A DNA stretch of 64,000 nucleotides, from NCBI GenBank assembly GCA_965208575.1, contig CBDBOV010000003.1, positions 192,001-256,000 on the forward strand, read 5' to 3'. Positions 19,041 through 27,687 of this stretch are shown one piece after another. How positions within the stretch are numbered: the stretch's first letter is position 1; each line of letters opens with the position of its first letter. Position numbers and translations under genes: made by a program. The stretch is from Spirochaetia bacterium. GTDB lineage: Bacteria; Spirochaetota; Spirochaetia; SZUA-6; Bin103. The notes below the pieces were generated by a model. The model was not told the origin of the DNA, searched no databases, and was given only the letters and a program-made list of their open reading frames with translations.

Positions 19041-19235
19041 TCACGGCTGCAGCGCCTGCTCGACTGCTTCAGGATGCTCGGTAGCGACCTTCAGCAGGGC
19101 TCAAGCCGGTCCATTGGGACGCCTCCGCCCTTGCTCCCAATTCCGAAGCGTCGCTACGCTCACTCCGATCATGAGGGCGAACTCGGTTTGCGAGCGCCGG
19201 AGCCTCTCCCCGTACCGCCTTGACGTGCGCGGCGG
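19041..19235 (-). pseudogene. XRE/HTH antitoxin-type regulator pseudogene
   Basis: HVKAVR/ERLRRSQTEFALMIGVSVATLRNWEQGRRRPNGPA*ALLKVATEHPEAV, with a frameshift near 19209 and a nonsense TGA at 19101-19103. Confidence 0.75.
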
Positions 19236-19317
19236 GTGCCCATAGCGTGGTCGACAAGATAGGAGTGATACATGGCGACACCAACCGGCGCGCGAACGGT
19301 TTTGCCCGGCGCCCGCG

Positions 19318-20634
19318 ATGACCGCCTCCCGAGGCTCCCCGCCCGTGAGTGAACAGGCGACCGTGCCTGCGGCGCGCACGTTCGAGTTCCCGCCGCTCGA
19401 CGAGGTTCGACGGAACCTGCGGGTAAGGTGGTATCGCTCGCCGATCGACCCGTCGACGCTGCGCCGGCTGATGCGGCGCAGCGACCTGCGGGGGGCGCTG
19501 CAGGCGTTGGGCCATCTCGGCCTGTTCGCCGCTACCGGCATCCTCACCGCCTGGTTCTTCACGCGGGCGATGTGGCTGCCATTTGCCCTGGCGTTATGGT
19601 GCCACGGCACCTTCGGCACGTTCATGTACATAGCCGGTCACGATCTCGGCCACGGCACCGTGTTTCGCACCAGGTGGCTGAATCGTTTCTTCCAGTGCAT
19701 CTTCGGCGTGCTGTCGTTCTGGAACCCGCACGAGCACGACCTGAGCCACATCTACCATCATCGCTACACCCTCTATCCGGAGGGCGACCGCGAACTGCCC
19801 GGCCAGTACTACGATACCGGCGCTGTGGTGCACCCCTGGCTGCTGAACATCACGCCGTGGTGGGCGATCCAGGAGTTGACCTTCAGCTTCGCCAGCCTGC
19901 GCCACCTGACGCTTTCCACGCTGCGCTTGGCCACGCGCCGTTACCGGATGAAGTTCACCGGCATCTTCGCCAGCGAGTGGGCCGCCGCCCTGTTCGCGAC
20001 CAGCCCGGAGATCGAACGCAAGGCGGTGCGCTTCGCCCGGCTCACCATCGCCTTTCACCTTGCCGCGCTGCTGATCGGCGCAGTGCTGAGCGCGTGGTGG
20101 CTGCCGATCGTCCTGACCGGCTCGGTGTTCGTCGGGCGCTGGCTGTTCACGCTGATCGTGATTCCGCAGCACTTCGGACTGATGGACAGCGTCCCCGACT
20201 TCCGGATGACGACCCGCTCCATCAAGCTGAACCCGTTCACCTCGTTCCTGTACTGGCGCATGAACTGGCATGCCGAGCACCACATGTACGCCGGCGTGCC
20301 GTGCTACCACCTCAAGGAGCTGGCCCGGGAGATCGCACCCGACATGCCGCGGCTGCGCACCTTGTGGCAGGCGTGGGCGGAGATGATCGAAAGCGTGCGA
20401 CGCCAGCGGCACGACCCGAGCTACCAGTACCGGACGCCGCTGCCGGCCAGCGCCCATCCGGCGGTGCTGCGCGAGGACGAGGTCGTGCTGCCGGAGGGCG
20501 AGCGGCTCGCCGCCGAGGCCTCCATCGGCGACCTGGAGCACCTGCAGCCCGTGGTGGAACCCGGCGTCGCACCGAGAGCGGCGAGGCGCCCGGCTGGCAA
20601 GGCGCGACGAGCGAGCATATCAGGGCATAGGTGA
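19318..20634 (+). CDS. Membrane fatty-acid desaturase family protein (MocD-like)
   Basis: His boxes HDLGH, HIYHH and HAEHH; the last ~29 codons come from a MITE. Confidence 0.88.
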   Translation: MTASRGSPPVSEQATVPAARTFEFPPLDEVRRNLRVRWYRSPIDPSTLRRLMRRSDLRGALQALGHLGLFAATGILTAWFFTRAMWLPFALALWCHGTFGTFMYIAGHDLGHGTVFRTRWLNRFFQCIFGVLSFWNPHEHDLSHIYHHRYTLYPEGDRELPGQYYDTGAVVHPWLLNITPWWAIQELTFSFASLRHLTLSTLRLATRRYRMKFTGIFASEWAAALFATSPEIERKAVRFARLTIAFHLAALLIGAVLSAWWLPIVLTGSVFVGRWLFTLIVIPQHFGLMDSVPDFRMTTRSIKLNPFTSFLYWRMNWHAEHHMYAGVPCYHLKELAREIAPDMPRLRTLWQAWAEMIESVRRQRHDPSYQYRTPLPASAHPAVLREDEVVLPEGERLAAEASIGDLEHLQPVVEPGVAPRAARRPAGKARRASISGHR

Positions 20635-20703
20635 GCGAGGAGCAACGCAGCCAGACGGGATGCACCGCCGCTCGAATGCAGCCGGTGTTTCACCAGGGGC
20701 TGC
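20544..20703 (+). mobile_element. ~160-bp MITE-like element, copy 1
   Basis: Terminal IRs GCAGCCCGTGGTGGAACCCGGC / GCCGGTGTTTCACCAGGGGCTGC; a second copy lies at 33715-33961. Confidence 0.7.
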
Positions 20704-21083
20704 TATAGGAAATAGTCGGCAGCCGAAGTTGACGCTCCCGAGCCAGAGGGTCGCGCCGAAGACGCGCCTCCGGAGTTGCCAAGTCGCTCCCAGCCCCCGA
20801 CGTCCCTGTCGCGGGCCGGGAGCTACATGCCACCTGGGCGCCAGGGATGGCGCCACGGGTGGAGGTCAGGGCGGCATCGTGCGTGACACCGCGGGGGCTC
20901 GCCGTCGGCATCAACGATCTACGGCTATAGCGGCCGCGGTGCCGAAGCGAAAGGTGCCGGCGCCGGGGTGATCGAGCGCGAAGACATCTGGGGCCGACCC
21001 TCGCACCTCGCCTTGCTGACTGGGCTGGACGGCCGCCCGGGCGCAGGCGCGTGCACACTTGCGCTGCCGCAGGCGGGCCTTCC

Positions 21084-21959
21084 TTAGACCGATCTGGCGG
21101 CAGCGGCACCCAGCCGCCCGCCACCGCCCCGCAACCGCGGGTCGAGCAGATCCCGCACCGCATCGCCGAACATGTTCAGGCAGTACACGACGATCGTCAG
21201 GCAAAGCCCCGGCCACAGCGCCAGGCGCGGCGCCACCTCCATGAACTCACGCCCTTCACGGCTGAGCATCCCTCCCCAGCTGGGCACCGAGATCGGCAGA
21301 CCGAATCCCAGGAAGCTCAGCGCAGCCTCGCTGATGATCACCGCCCCGACGTTGATGGTGAACACGATGATGATCGGAGCGCCGATATTGGGCAGGACGT
21401 GGCGGATGAGGGTGCGCCACCTGGTGCTGCCGATCGCCTCTGCCGCCTGGAAGTAGACATTCTCCTTTACCCCGATAACCGCGCCGCGGATTACGCGCGA
21501 GCCGCCGATGCCACCGGTGACGCCCAGCACCACGATGATCTGCAGCAGACCCCGCCCCACCAACGACATGATGGTGAGCAACAGCAGCAGCCCCGGAAAC
21601 GCCATCCAGGCGTCGACGAATCTCTGCACCGCCAGGTCCAGTCTACCGCCGAAGAATCCTGATGTTCCGCCTATCAGCACCGCCACCACTACGTTGACCG
21701 TGGTCGCCGCCAGGCCGACGGTCAGTGAGATCTGAGCCCCGAAGACAAGGCGGCTCAGCAGGTCGCGCCCCAACTGGTCGGTCCCCAACAGATACCGGTC
21801 GGAGGGGGCCTGCATCCGGTCTACGATGTTGACTTCATCATGCGGAAAGGGCGCCAGAATATCGGCAAAGATCGCCACAAGAATCAACAGCAGGATGACG
21901 ACCCCGGCGATGATGCTCAGTGGCTTCTCCTTGACCAGCCTGCGCAAGAAATCAGTCAT
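21084..21959 (-). CDS. Peptide/nickel ABC permease (DppC/OppC-like)
   Basis: LGTDQLGRDLLSR, EAALSFLGFG, GDAVRDLLDPR; start MTDFLRR. Confidence 0.92.
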   Translation of the reverse strand: MTDFLRRLVKEKPLSIIAGVVILLLILVAIFADILAPFPHDEVNIVDRMQAPSDRYLLGTDQLGRDLLSRLVFGAQISLTVGLAATTVNVVVAVLIGGTSGFFGGRLDLAVQRFVDAWMAFPGLLLLLTIMSLVGRGLLQIIVVLGVTGGIGGSRVIRGAVIGVKENVYFQAAEAIGSTRWRTLIRHVLPNIGAPIIIVFTINVGAVIISEAALSFLGFGLPISVPSWGGMLSREGREFMEVAPRLALWPGLCLTIVVYCLNMFGDAVRDLLDPRLRGGGGRLGAAAARSV

Positions 21960-22297
21960 AGCGCTCCCTGGCATCGATGACGACCCCAACGATGATGCTC
22001 AACGGCTTGTCCCTGACCAGTCTGCGAAACAACTCAGTCATAGCGGACCCTGGCATCGATGACGACCCCAACGATGATGCTCAACGGCTTGTCCCTGACC
22101 AGTCTGTGAAACAACTCAGTCATAGCGGACCCTGGCATCGATGACGACCCCAACGATGATGCTCAACGGCTTGTCCCTGACCAGTCTGCGAAACAACTCA
22201 GTCATAGCGGACCCTGGCATCGATGACGACCCCAACGATGATGCTCAACGGCTTGTCCTTGACCAGTCTGCGAAAAAACTCAGTCATAGCGGACCCT
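21952..22297 (-). repeat. Four 82-bp tandem repeats, each encoding a 29-aa peptide
   Basis: TCAGTCATAGCG recurs at 21952, 22034, 22116, 22198 and 22280; mini-ORFs at 22198-22287, 22116-22205, 22034-22123 and 21952-22041. Confidence 0.95.
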
Positions 22298-23233
22298 CGG
22301 GTCCAAGAGCGCGTAGATCAGGTCGATGAGCAGATTGATCCCCACCACCCCAGTGGCGAAGAACAGGTTGATGCCGGAGACCATCGGGTAGTCTCTGTCG
22401 TTGAGGGCATTCAGCAGGAGGCGCCCGAGCCCCGGCAGGTTGAAGATGTTCTCCATGATCACGGCGCCCCCGACCAGGATCGGCAACTGCAGGCCGATCA
22501 GCGACACCACCGGGATGAGTGCGTTCTTGACGGCGTGTCGGATCACCACGGTCCGCTCCCGCAAGCCCTTCGCCCAGGCCGTCCTGACAAAATCCTGCCG
22601 GAGCACCTCCAGCATCATGGTGCGCGTCATCCGCATGGTGGCGGCTGCCGAGGCCGTCCCCAGAATCAGGCTGGGAATGATGAACACCGCCAGATTCCCC
22701 AGCGGGTCTTCGGTGAAAGAAACCAGCTCCAGCGGCGGCGCCCAGCCCCACCAGATTGCCGGGAAGATCATGACCATAATTCCCAGCCAGAAGTTCGGCG
22801 TGGCCAGGCCGATGATGGCGACCGAGCGCCCCACGAAGTCGGCGGCCGTATCCTGGCGAATCGCCGAGTAGATACCGACCGGCAGCGCGATCACCAGCCC
22901 GATGAGGATTGCCATCAAACCAAGCTCAATGGTTACCGGCAGTCTCTCTATTATCCTCTCCTTCACCGCCCCACGGCCCATCAGTGATTCGCCAAGGGTG
23001 CCGTGCAGGAAAATGCCTCCTATCCAGCGTCCATACTGCACGTAGACAGGCACGTCTAATCCCAGCCGACGCTCAACGGCTTCACGGTCAATCTCCCCGT
23101 ACCATTCCATCTTGCCTTGTATTACGTCTACTACATCTCCGGGGATGAAGCGGAGCGAGAGAAAGACCAGGATGCTCAAGATGACTAGCGTGGGCAGGAT
23201 CAGCAATAGCCGCCTGAGGATATACGCTCTCAC
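22280..23233 (-). CDS. Peptide/nickel ABC permease (DppB/OppB-like)
   Basis: MRAYILRRL, PGD, RTAWAKGL, DLIYALLDPR. Confidence 0.93.
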   Translation of the reverse strand: MRAYILRRLLLILPTLVILSILVFLSLRFIPGDVVDVIQGKMEWYGEIDREAVERRLGLDVPVYVQYGRWIGGIFLHGTLGESLMGRGAVKERIIERLPVTIELGLMAILIGLVIALPVGIYSAIRQDTAADFVGRSVAIIGLATPNFWLGIMVMIFPAIWWGWAPPLELVSFTEDPLGNLAVFIIPSLILGTASAAATMRMTRTMMLEVLRQDFVRTAWAKGLRERTVVIRHAVKNALIPVVSLIGLQLPILVGGAVIMENIFNLPGLGRLLLNALNDRDYPMVSGINLFFATGVVGINLLIDLIYALLDPRVRYD

Positions 23234-23332
23234 CGAGACTCCTTTCGATGAGCGAGGGGCCGGGAAGACGGCGCTCGGAGCGCAACCCCCAGCCCCCCCC
23301 TCTTTTGCGTGGCCAGTAGGGATTCGCTCCCT

Positions 23333-25132
23333 CTAGCGACCCATTGCTTCCTTCAGGTCCTGGTCAATCCAGACGCGGGTGAAGACGGTGTTGACTTGAC
23401 CGACTCCCAAATTCCCTTCACCGTTGTAACCGATGACCCACGGTTGGAACGCGTTGTACTGTGGGGCCATGCCACCCCATATCGTCCAGAACTTCTCTAT
23501 CGCGTACTGATCCAATTCTCCAGCTATCCTGTTCTGCTCCTCTATGGTAGTAGCGGCTAGGCCGGCTTCATACTTGGCTGTATAGACCGGGTCGTTGACA
23601 TTGGAGCTGTTGTGTCCTACGGCCGGTGTAAAGCGAGCCCCCAGTGCAAGTGGGTACCACCTATTGGCCCCTTCCGCGAATATCATTTCGAAATCCCTTT
23701 CACTTCTTCTAGGGGCAACGACAGCTCCCGGGTGGGGGCCGTCAATCTCCACATCAATGCCAATCTTATTCCAGTATGAAACGAGTAATTCTACATAGTT
23801 CAAATCGTACACCTCGTAGGCCAGATACTCGGTTTTAAATCTAATGCCGTTGGCGCCGCGAGGATACCCGGCCTCATCAAGCAACGCCTCGGCACCTTCC
23901 GGGTCGTAGTCAAAGACCTTCTTCACATCTTCTGGCCACTCTTCGAATTGGGTGACACTCGCTGTAAAAGAACGGTTTATCTGCCCCTGAGGTATCATCT
24001 GGGCGTTACCCTTATAGTAAGCGTTGTTGATTTCCTCGAGGTTTAGTGCCATCTGCATTGCCTTGCGCACCCTGATGTCGTCAAAGGGCTTCAATTGGAC
24101 GTTCATACCAGTACCATTATCCGAATCCAAGGAAAACGGCCATATCACGAGTTCGGGGTTGGTCCGCTGGAGGCTCTCTACCTGGTCGATAGTCCTCATT
24201 TGAGCTGCTCCGATCACACCTATGTAATCAACCTGACCCGTGCGCAGTGCTGCCAACTGTGTTGCCACCTCGGGCATAGTCAGGGCCCTTAACCGGTCAA
24301 TATAGGGCAGGCGGTTCTCCGGGTATTTTTCGTCGTAGCCCCAGTAGTCAGGATTCTTGTCCCAGGTGATGGAGCTACCCTCGGTCCAGTCGGTCAGCAT
24401 CATGGGTCCGGTGCCGACCAGGTTCCTCCAATCCGTAGCGTCCCCGTGTTCCTTGATTACCTCGGGGGGGTATATCCAAGCAACTAGGCCGTCGAGGATA
24501 GCCGTCAGCGCAGCGAGGTTTAGCTCCTCAAGCTTAAAAACAACCGTCCATTTGTCGGTGGCCGTTATCGATTCAATTTCGATACCATTCCAGCTAGTAG
24601 CATGTTCGCTACGTTCGGTGAAACCGCTACCCGTACCCGTAATACGGTGATAGTTATATACGATATCGTCGGCAGTCAGCTCCCGACCGTTCATCGGCGG
24701 CTTATCATGCCAGTGAACGCCTTGGCGGACGTTGACGATATACGTCAGTGGGTCGGGCTGCGACCAGCTTTCCGCCAACTGCCCTATCGTGTAAGTTGGA
24801 GGGCTGTGAAAATGGAAGTCATATTTGTCCCTGGGCGTTGCCCAGTCCACCATGCCCAGCTTCTCTAAAACGCCAGCGAAGTAGGCATTTGCCCACCAAC
24901 CACTGAGTACGGCGTCAGGACCCGCCGGCTCGTCTTTTAGGGCGAAGGTTATTGTCCCGCCGTACTGTGGCGCCACCACCACCTTGCCGGTGGAGGGGTC
25001 GGTCACATACTTCTTGTCGGCAGCGACTGCCGGCCCCTCTTCTCCGGCCGGGCTCGCCCATACGCCGGTAGCGGCCAAGCTGAGAACCAACACGACCGCG
25101 AAGGAAGTTCTAGTGCTTGCGATGATATTCAT
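23333..25132 (-). CDS. Peptide ABC substrate-binding protein (family 5), lower GC
   Basis: Signal peptide, PQYGG, LAESW, GTGP, KPFDDIRVRKAM; visibly more AT-rich than the flanks. Confidence 0.92.
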   Translation of the reverse strand: MNIIASTRTSFAVVLVLSLAATGVWASPAGEEGPAVAADKKYVTDPSTGKVVVAPQYGGTITFALKDEPAGPDAVLSGWWANAYFAGVLEKLGMVDWATPRDKYDFHFHSPPTYTIGQLAESWSQPDPLTYIVNVRQGVHWHDKPPMNGRELTADDIVYNYHRITGTGSGFTERSEHATSWNGIEIESITATDKWTVVFKLEELNLAALTAILDGLVAWIYPPEVIKEHGDATDWRNLVGTGPMMLTDWTEGSSITWDKNPDYWGYDEKYPENRLPYIDRLRALTMPEVATQLAALRTGQVDYIGVIGAAQMRTIDQVESLQRTNPELVIWPFSLDSDNGTGMNVQLKPFDDIRVRKAMQMALNLEEINNAYYKGNAQMIPQGQINRSFTASVTQFEEWPEDVKKVFDYDPEGAEALLDEAGYPRGANGIRFKTEYLAYEVYDLNYVELLVSYWNKIGIDVEIDGPHPGAVVAPRRSERDFEMIFAEGANRWYPLALGARFTPAVGHNSSNVNDPVYTAKYEAGLAATTIEEQNRIAGELDQYAIEKFWTIWGGMAPQYNAFQPWVIGYNGEGNLGVGQVNTVFTRVWIDQDLKEAMGR

Positions 25133-25250
25133 GGTTTCTCCATCATTAAGTGTTTGAGCGTATTGCGGAGCGCCGAAGCTGCTCCCTGGCTGCGCTCTCG
25201 CCCGCAACGCGGGTGCCCAGACAGAGTCGGATCTAGTCAGATCATTGAAT

Positions 25251-25319
25251 CGCGCGGCGTGTGACTCATTCGGGATAACCCCGGCTCACGCCGCGCGTCT
25301 ACGGTTCTTTGAGTGTCAC
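25251..25319 (+). repeat. GC hairpin plus conserved tail element, copy 1
   Basis: CGCGCGGCGTG...CACGCCGCGCG then TACGGTTCTTTGAGTGTCA; inverted homologue at 63897-63966. Confidence 0.75.
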
Positions 25320-25555
25320 GTTGCGCCTCCTGTGTGCCGGCAAACGGCAAACGGTAGGGTGCCGTGAATGAAAGAGTCACACGTGGAAGGGCTGGCGACC
25401 CACGGCGGCCCCGAGTCATGCGCCGTCGCTCGCAAGAGCGGGGGTCTAGCAGACCCGAGCAAATACGGAAACGCTTCGCACGGGAACCGGGAGACTCCAG
25501 CTTCGCCTGTGGTGGACGGCACGGCAGGCCGTGCCGGGAAGTCCATGGACGTGTC
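25320..25555 (+). mobile_element. 5' remnant of a bacterial group II intron (no RT)
   Basis: ATGAAAGAGTCACACGTGGAAGGGCTGGCGACCCACGGCGGCCCCGAGTCATGCG and CACGGGAACCGGGAGA match 5'/domain-I segments I recognise from group II introns; internal and 3' parts appear deleted. Confidence 0.65.
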
Positions 25556-25968
25556 GACACCCGCATCGTGCCGCCACGCCGGGGGTGGTCGGCGGAGCGA
25601 CGGGCGTGATTGACCGGCGGCGCCGCCGGTGGTCATGGCCGCGGTCAGTCGCGGCCGGGCTCCGGCACGGGTGCGATCGCCGGGGAGCGTGCGGGCAACC
25701 TGCATGCCGGTTTGGCGATGGACCGAGCCGGAGCCACCGAGAGTTGCGGCGGTGGTAGAGGCGACGGCGTGCGCGGGGGCGCGTAAGCCGCGATCAGCCG
25801 GAGCGGTTAATGTATTCGTGTATAACGAGTTAGATGTGTGGTGGTGGTGGGGGGGGGGCGTCACCAGCCGCCCACCGCGCTGACCGTCGTCATGGCGATC
25901 CATCGCATCCATCTGATCCAATCAGAGCACGCTCGCCTGACCATGTCAAGCGCGCGAACTACAGAGTG

Positions 25969-26666
25969 CGGACCAGTTGGGGCGCGACATCCTCAGCCGG
26001 GTCATCTACGGGGCACGCATCTCGGTGATCATTGGCCTGTCGGCAACCAGCATCAACCTGCTGGTGGCGCTGCTGATCGGCGCAACCAGCGGATTCTTCG
26101 GCGGCAAGCTCGACATGGTGGTGCAGCGGTTTGTGGACGCCTGGATGGCGTTCCCGGGGCTGCTCATCCTGATCACGGTGATGTCGCTGGTCGGCCAGGG
26201 CCGGCGGCAGATCATCCTGGTGCTGGGCATCGCCGGCAGCATCAGCGGTTCGAGAATCGCGCGCAGCGCGGTGATCCGGATCAAGGAGAACGCCTACGTG
26301 GAGGCGGCGAGGGCGATCGGGGTAGGCACCGGCAGGACGATCTTCCGGCACGTGCTGCCGAACATCATGGCGCCGATGATCGTGATCTTCACGGTGACCA
26401 TCGGCGACGTGATCATAGCGGAGGCGTCGCTGACCTTCCTGGGTCTTGGGCTGCCGCCGGACGTGGCGAGCTGGGGCGGGATGCTGAGTTGGGAAGGAAG
26501 GCGCTACATGGAGCGGGTGCCGGCGCTGGCGCTGTGGCCGGGGCTGTGCCTGTTCACCGTTGTGTGGGGCCCCAACATGTTCGGGGACGCCATGCGGGAC
26601 CTGCTGGACCCGAGTCTGAAGGGCGGCGTGGGCCGCTATCACAAACAAGGAGAGAAATACTCATGA
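25969..26666 (+). pseudogene. 5'-truncated DppC paralogue
   Basis: Begins abruptly at DQLGRDILSR (first ~70 aa missing); strongly similar to 21084-21959. Confidence 0.8.
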
Positions 26667-27574
26667 CCGATTTCAAGCCCATCGCCGCTTCGCTCGAGGA
26701 ACGGGGGTTCTGCGTTGTTCCGGAGTTCCTGAGCGGTGACGAGATCGACTTCCTGGTGTCAGAATTCGATGCCAGCCCGGACTATTCGCCCCCAACGAAG
26801 GCCAGGCATGCGGAGCGGCACCTTGGCGACAAGCCCGTTGCCGGTCAAACCGGAGCTCTGCGTTCCACCGCAATGGGACGACGAGAAACCTTCCAAGGAA
26901 TAGGTCCGCGGATCGAAGAATTCGCCCGCGGCGTGACCGGAGCCAAGGCCGCGCTCTATCAGATTCTCTATCTGCAGACGCCGGTGACCGATCTCTCCTG
27001 GCATCAGGATCACGATCACTTCTTCCTGACCGAGTACAATCCGACTCATCTCAATTACTGGATTCCGTTGGTCAAGCCGTCGCGCACGGAGGCGGGACTG
27101 CGGGTGATTCCCTGGGATCGGCTGCGCGGCAAGTCGCCGCGAGTGTTCAACCTCTGCCGGCGCTCGGGCGCGAGCAGGTTGTACTCGTTGCGTGACGGGG
27201 GCACCTTGTACCTGTCCGACTGGAGCGGGGTCTACCATCACGACGAGGAGCTGGAGATCGAGGAGGTCATGGAGACTCCGGAGGTGGGGCCCGGCGACCT
27301 GCTGCTGCTGAGCCTCAACACCATCCACGCGACGCAGACGACCGAGGATCGGCGCGTGGCGGTATCGCTGCGCACCTGCGATCCGGCGACGCCGATCGAC
27401 TGGCATCGGGTGGCCGGCAGTCCCACCATTGCAAAATTGCAGCGTCTCGGCGGCTTTCGAGGGAACGCGGCTCCCAACAAGCTGTATCTCCCGGTCTTTC
27501 AAGCCACCCAGGAAAACGACTTCGGCATCACCTTGGCGGACGTCCTGCCGACCTTGACTGGCGAGCGCGAGTAG
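26663..27574 (+). CDS. Phytanoyl-CoA dioxygenase (PhyH) family Fe(II)/2OG enzyme
   Basis: EERGFCVVP, WHQD (HxD), GDLLL...IHAT, RR; AGGAG RBS; ATGA overlap. Confidence 0.8.
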   Translation: MTDFKPIAASLEERGFCVVPEFLSGDEIDFLVSEFDASPDYSPPTKARHAERHLGDKPVAGQTGALRSTAMGRRETFQGIGPRIEEFARGVTGAKAALYQILYLQTPVTDLSWHQDHDHFFLTEYNPTHLNYWIPLVKPSRTEAGLRVIPWDRLRGKSPRVFNLCRRSGASRLYSLRDGGTLYLSDWSGVYHHDEELEIEEVMETPEVGPGDLLLLSLNTIHATQTTEDRRVAVSLRTCDPATPIDWHRVAGSPTIAKLQRLGGFRGNAAPNKLYLPVFQATQENDFGITLADVLPTLTGERE

Positions 27575-27687
27575 ATTCGCCGCAGTCTACGCAGCCGTAA
27601 CCCCGCTACCCGGCGGTCAGGATCGCAACCCTCGTCGATTGTGTTTGACAGCTCTTCGCGGCGCCACTACGGTGGCGGGCGCCCAGC

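Noticed and set aside
19028-19048. GCCCACCCTGCGT match to the core of the 80-bp array
   Set aside because: Only 13 nt, GC-rich, and overlaps the XRE pseudogene end; plausible by chance.
21952-22297. CRISPR array or DGR template/variable repeats
   Set aside because: No unique spacers, units derive from dpp coding sequence, substitutions are not adenine-specific, and there is no cas or RT gene in the window.
25800-25860. AT-rich patch followed by (TGG)n and a poly-G run
   Set aside because: Short, with no associated gene start; cannot support a phase-variation or G-quadruplex role.
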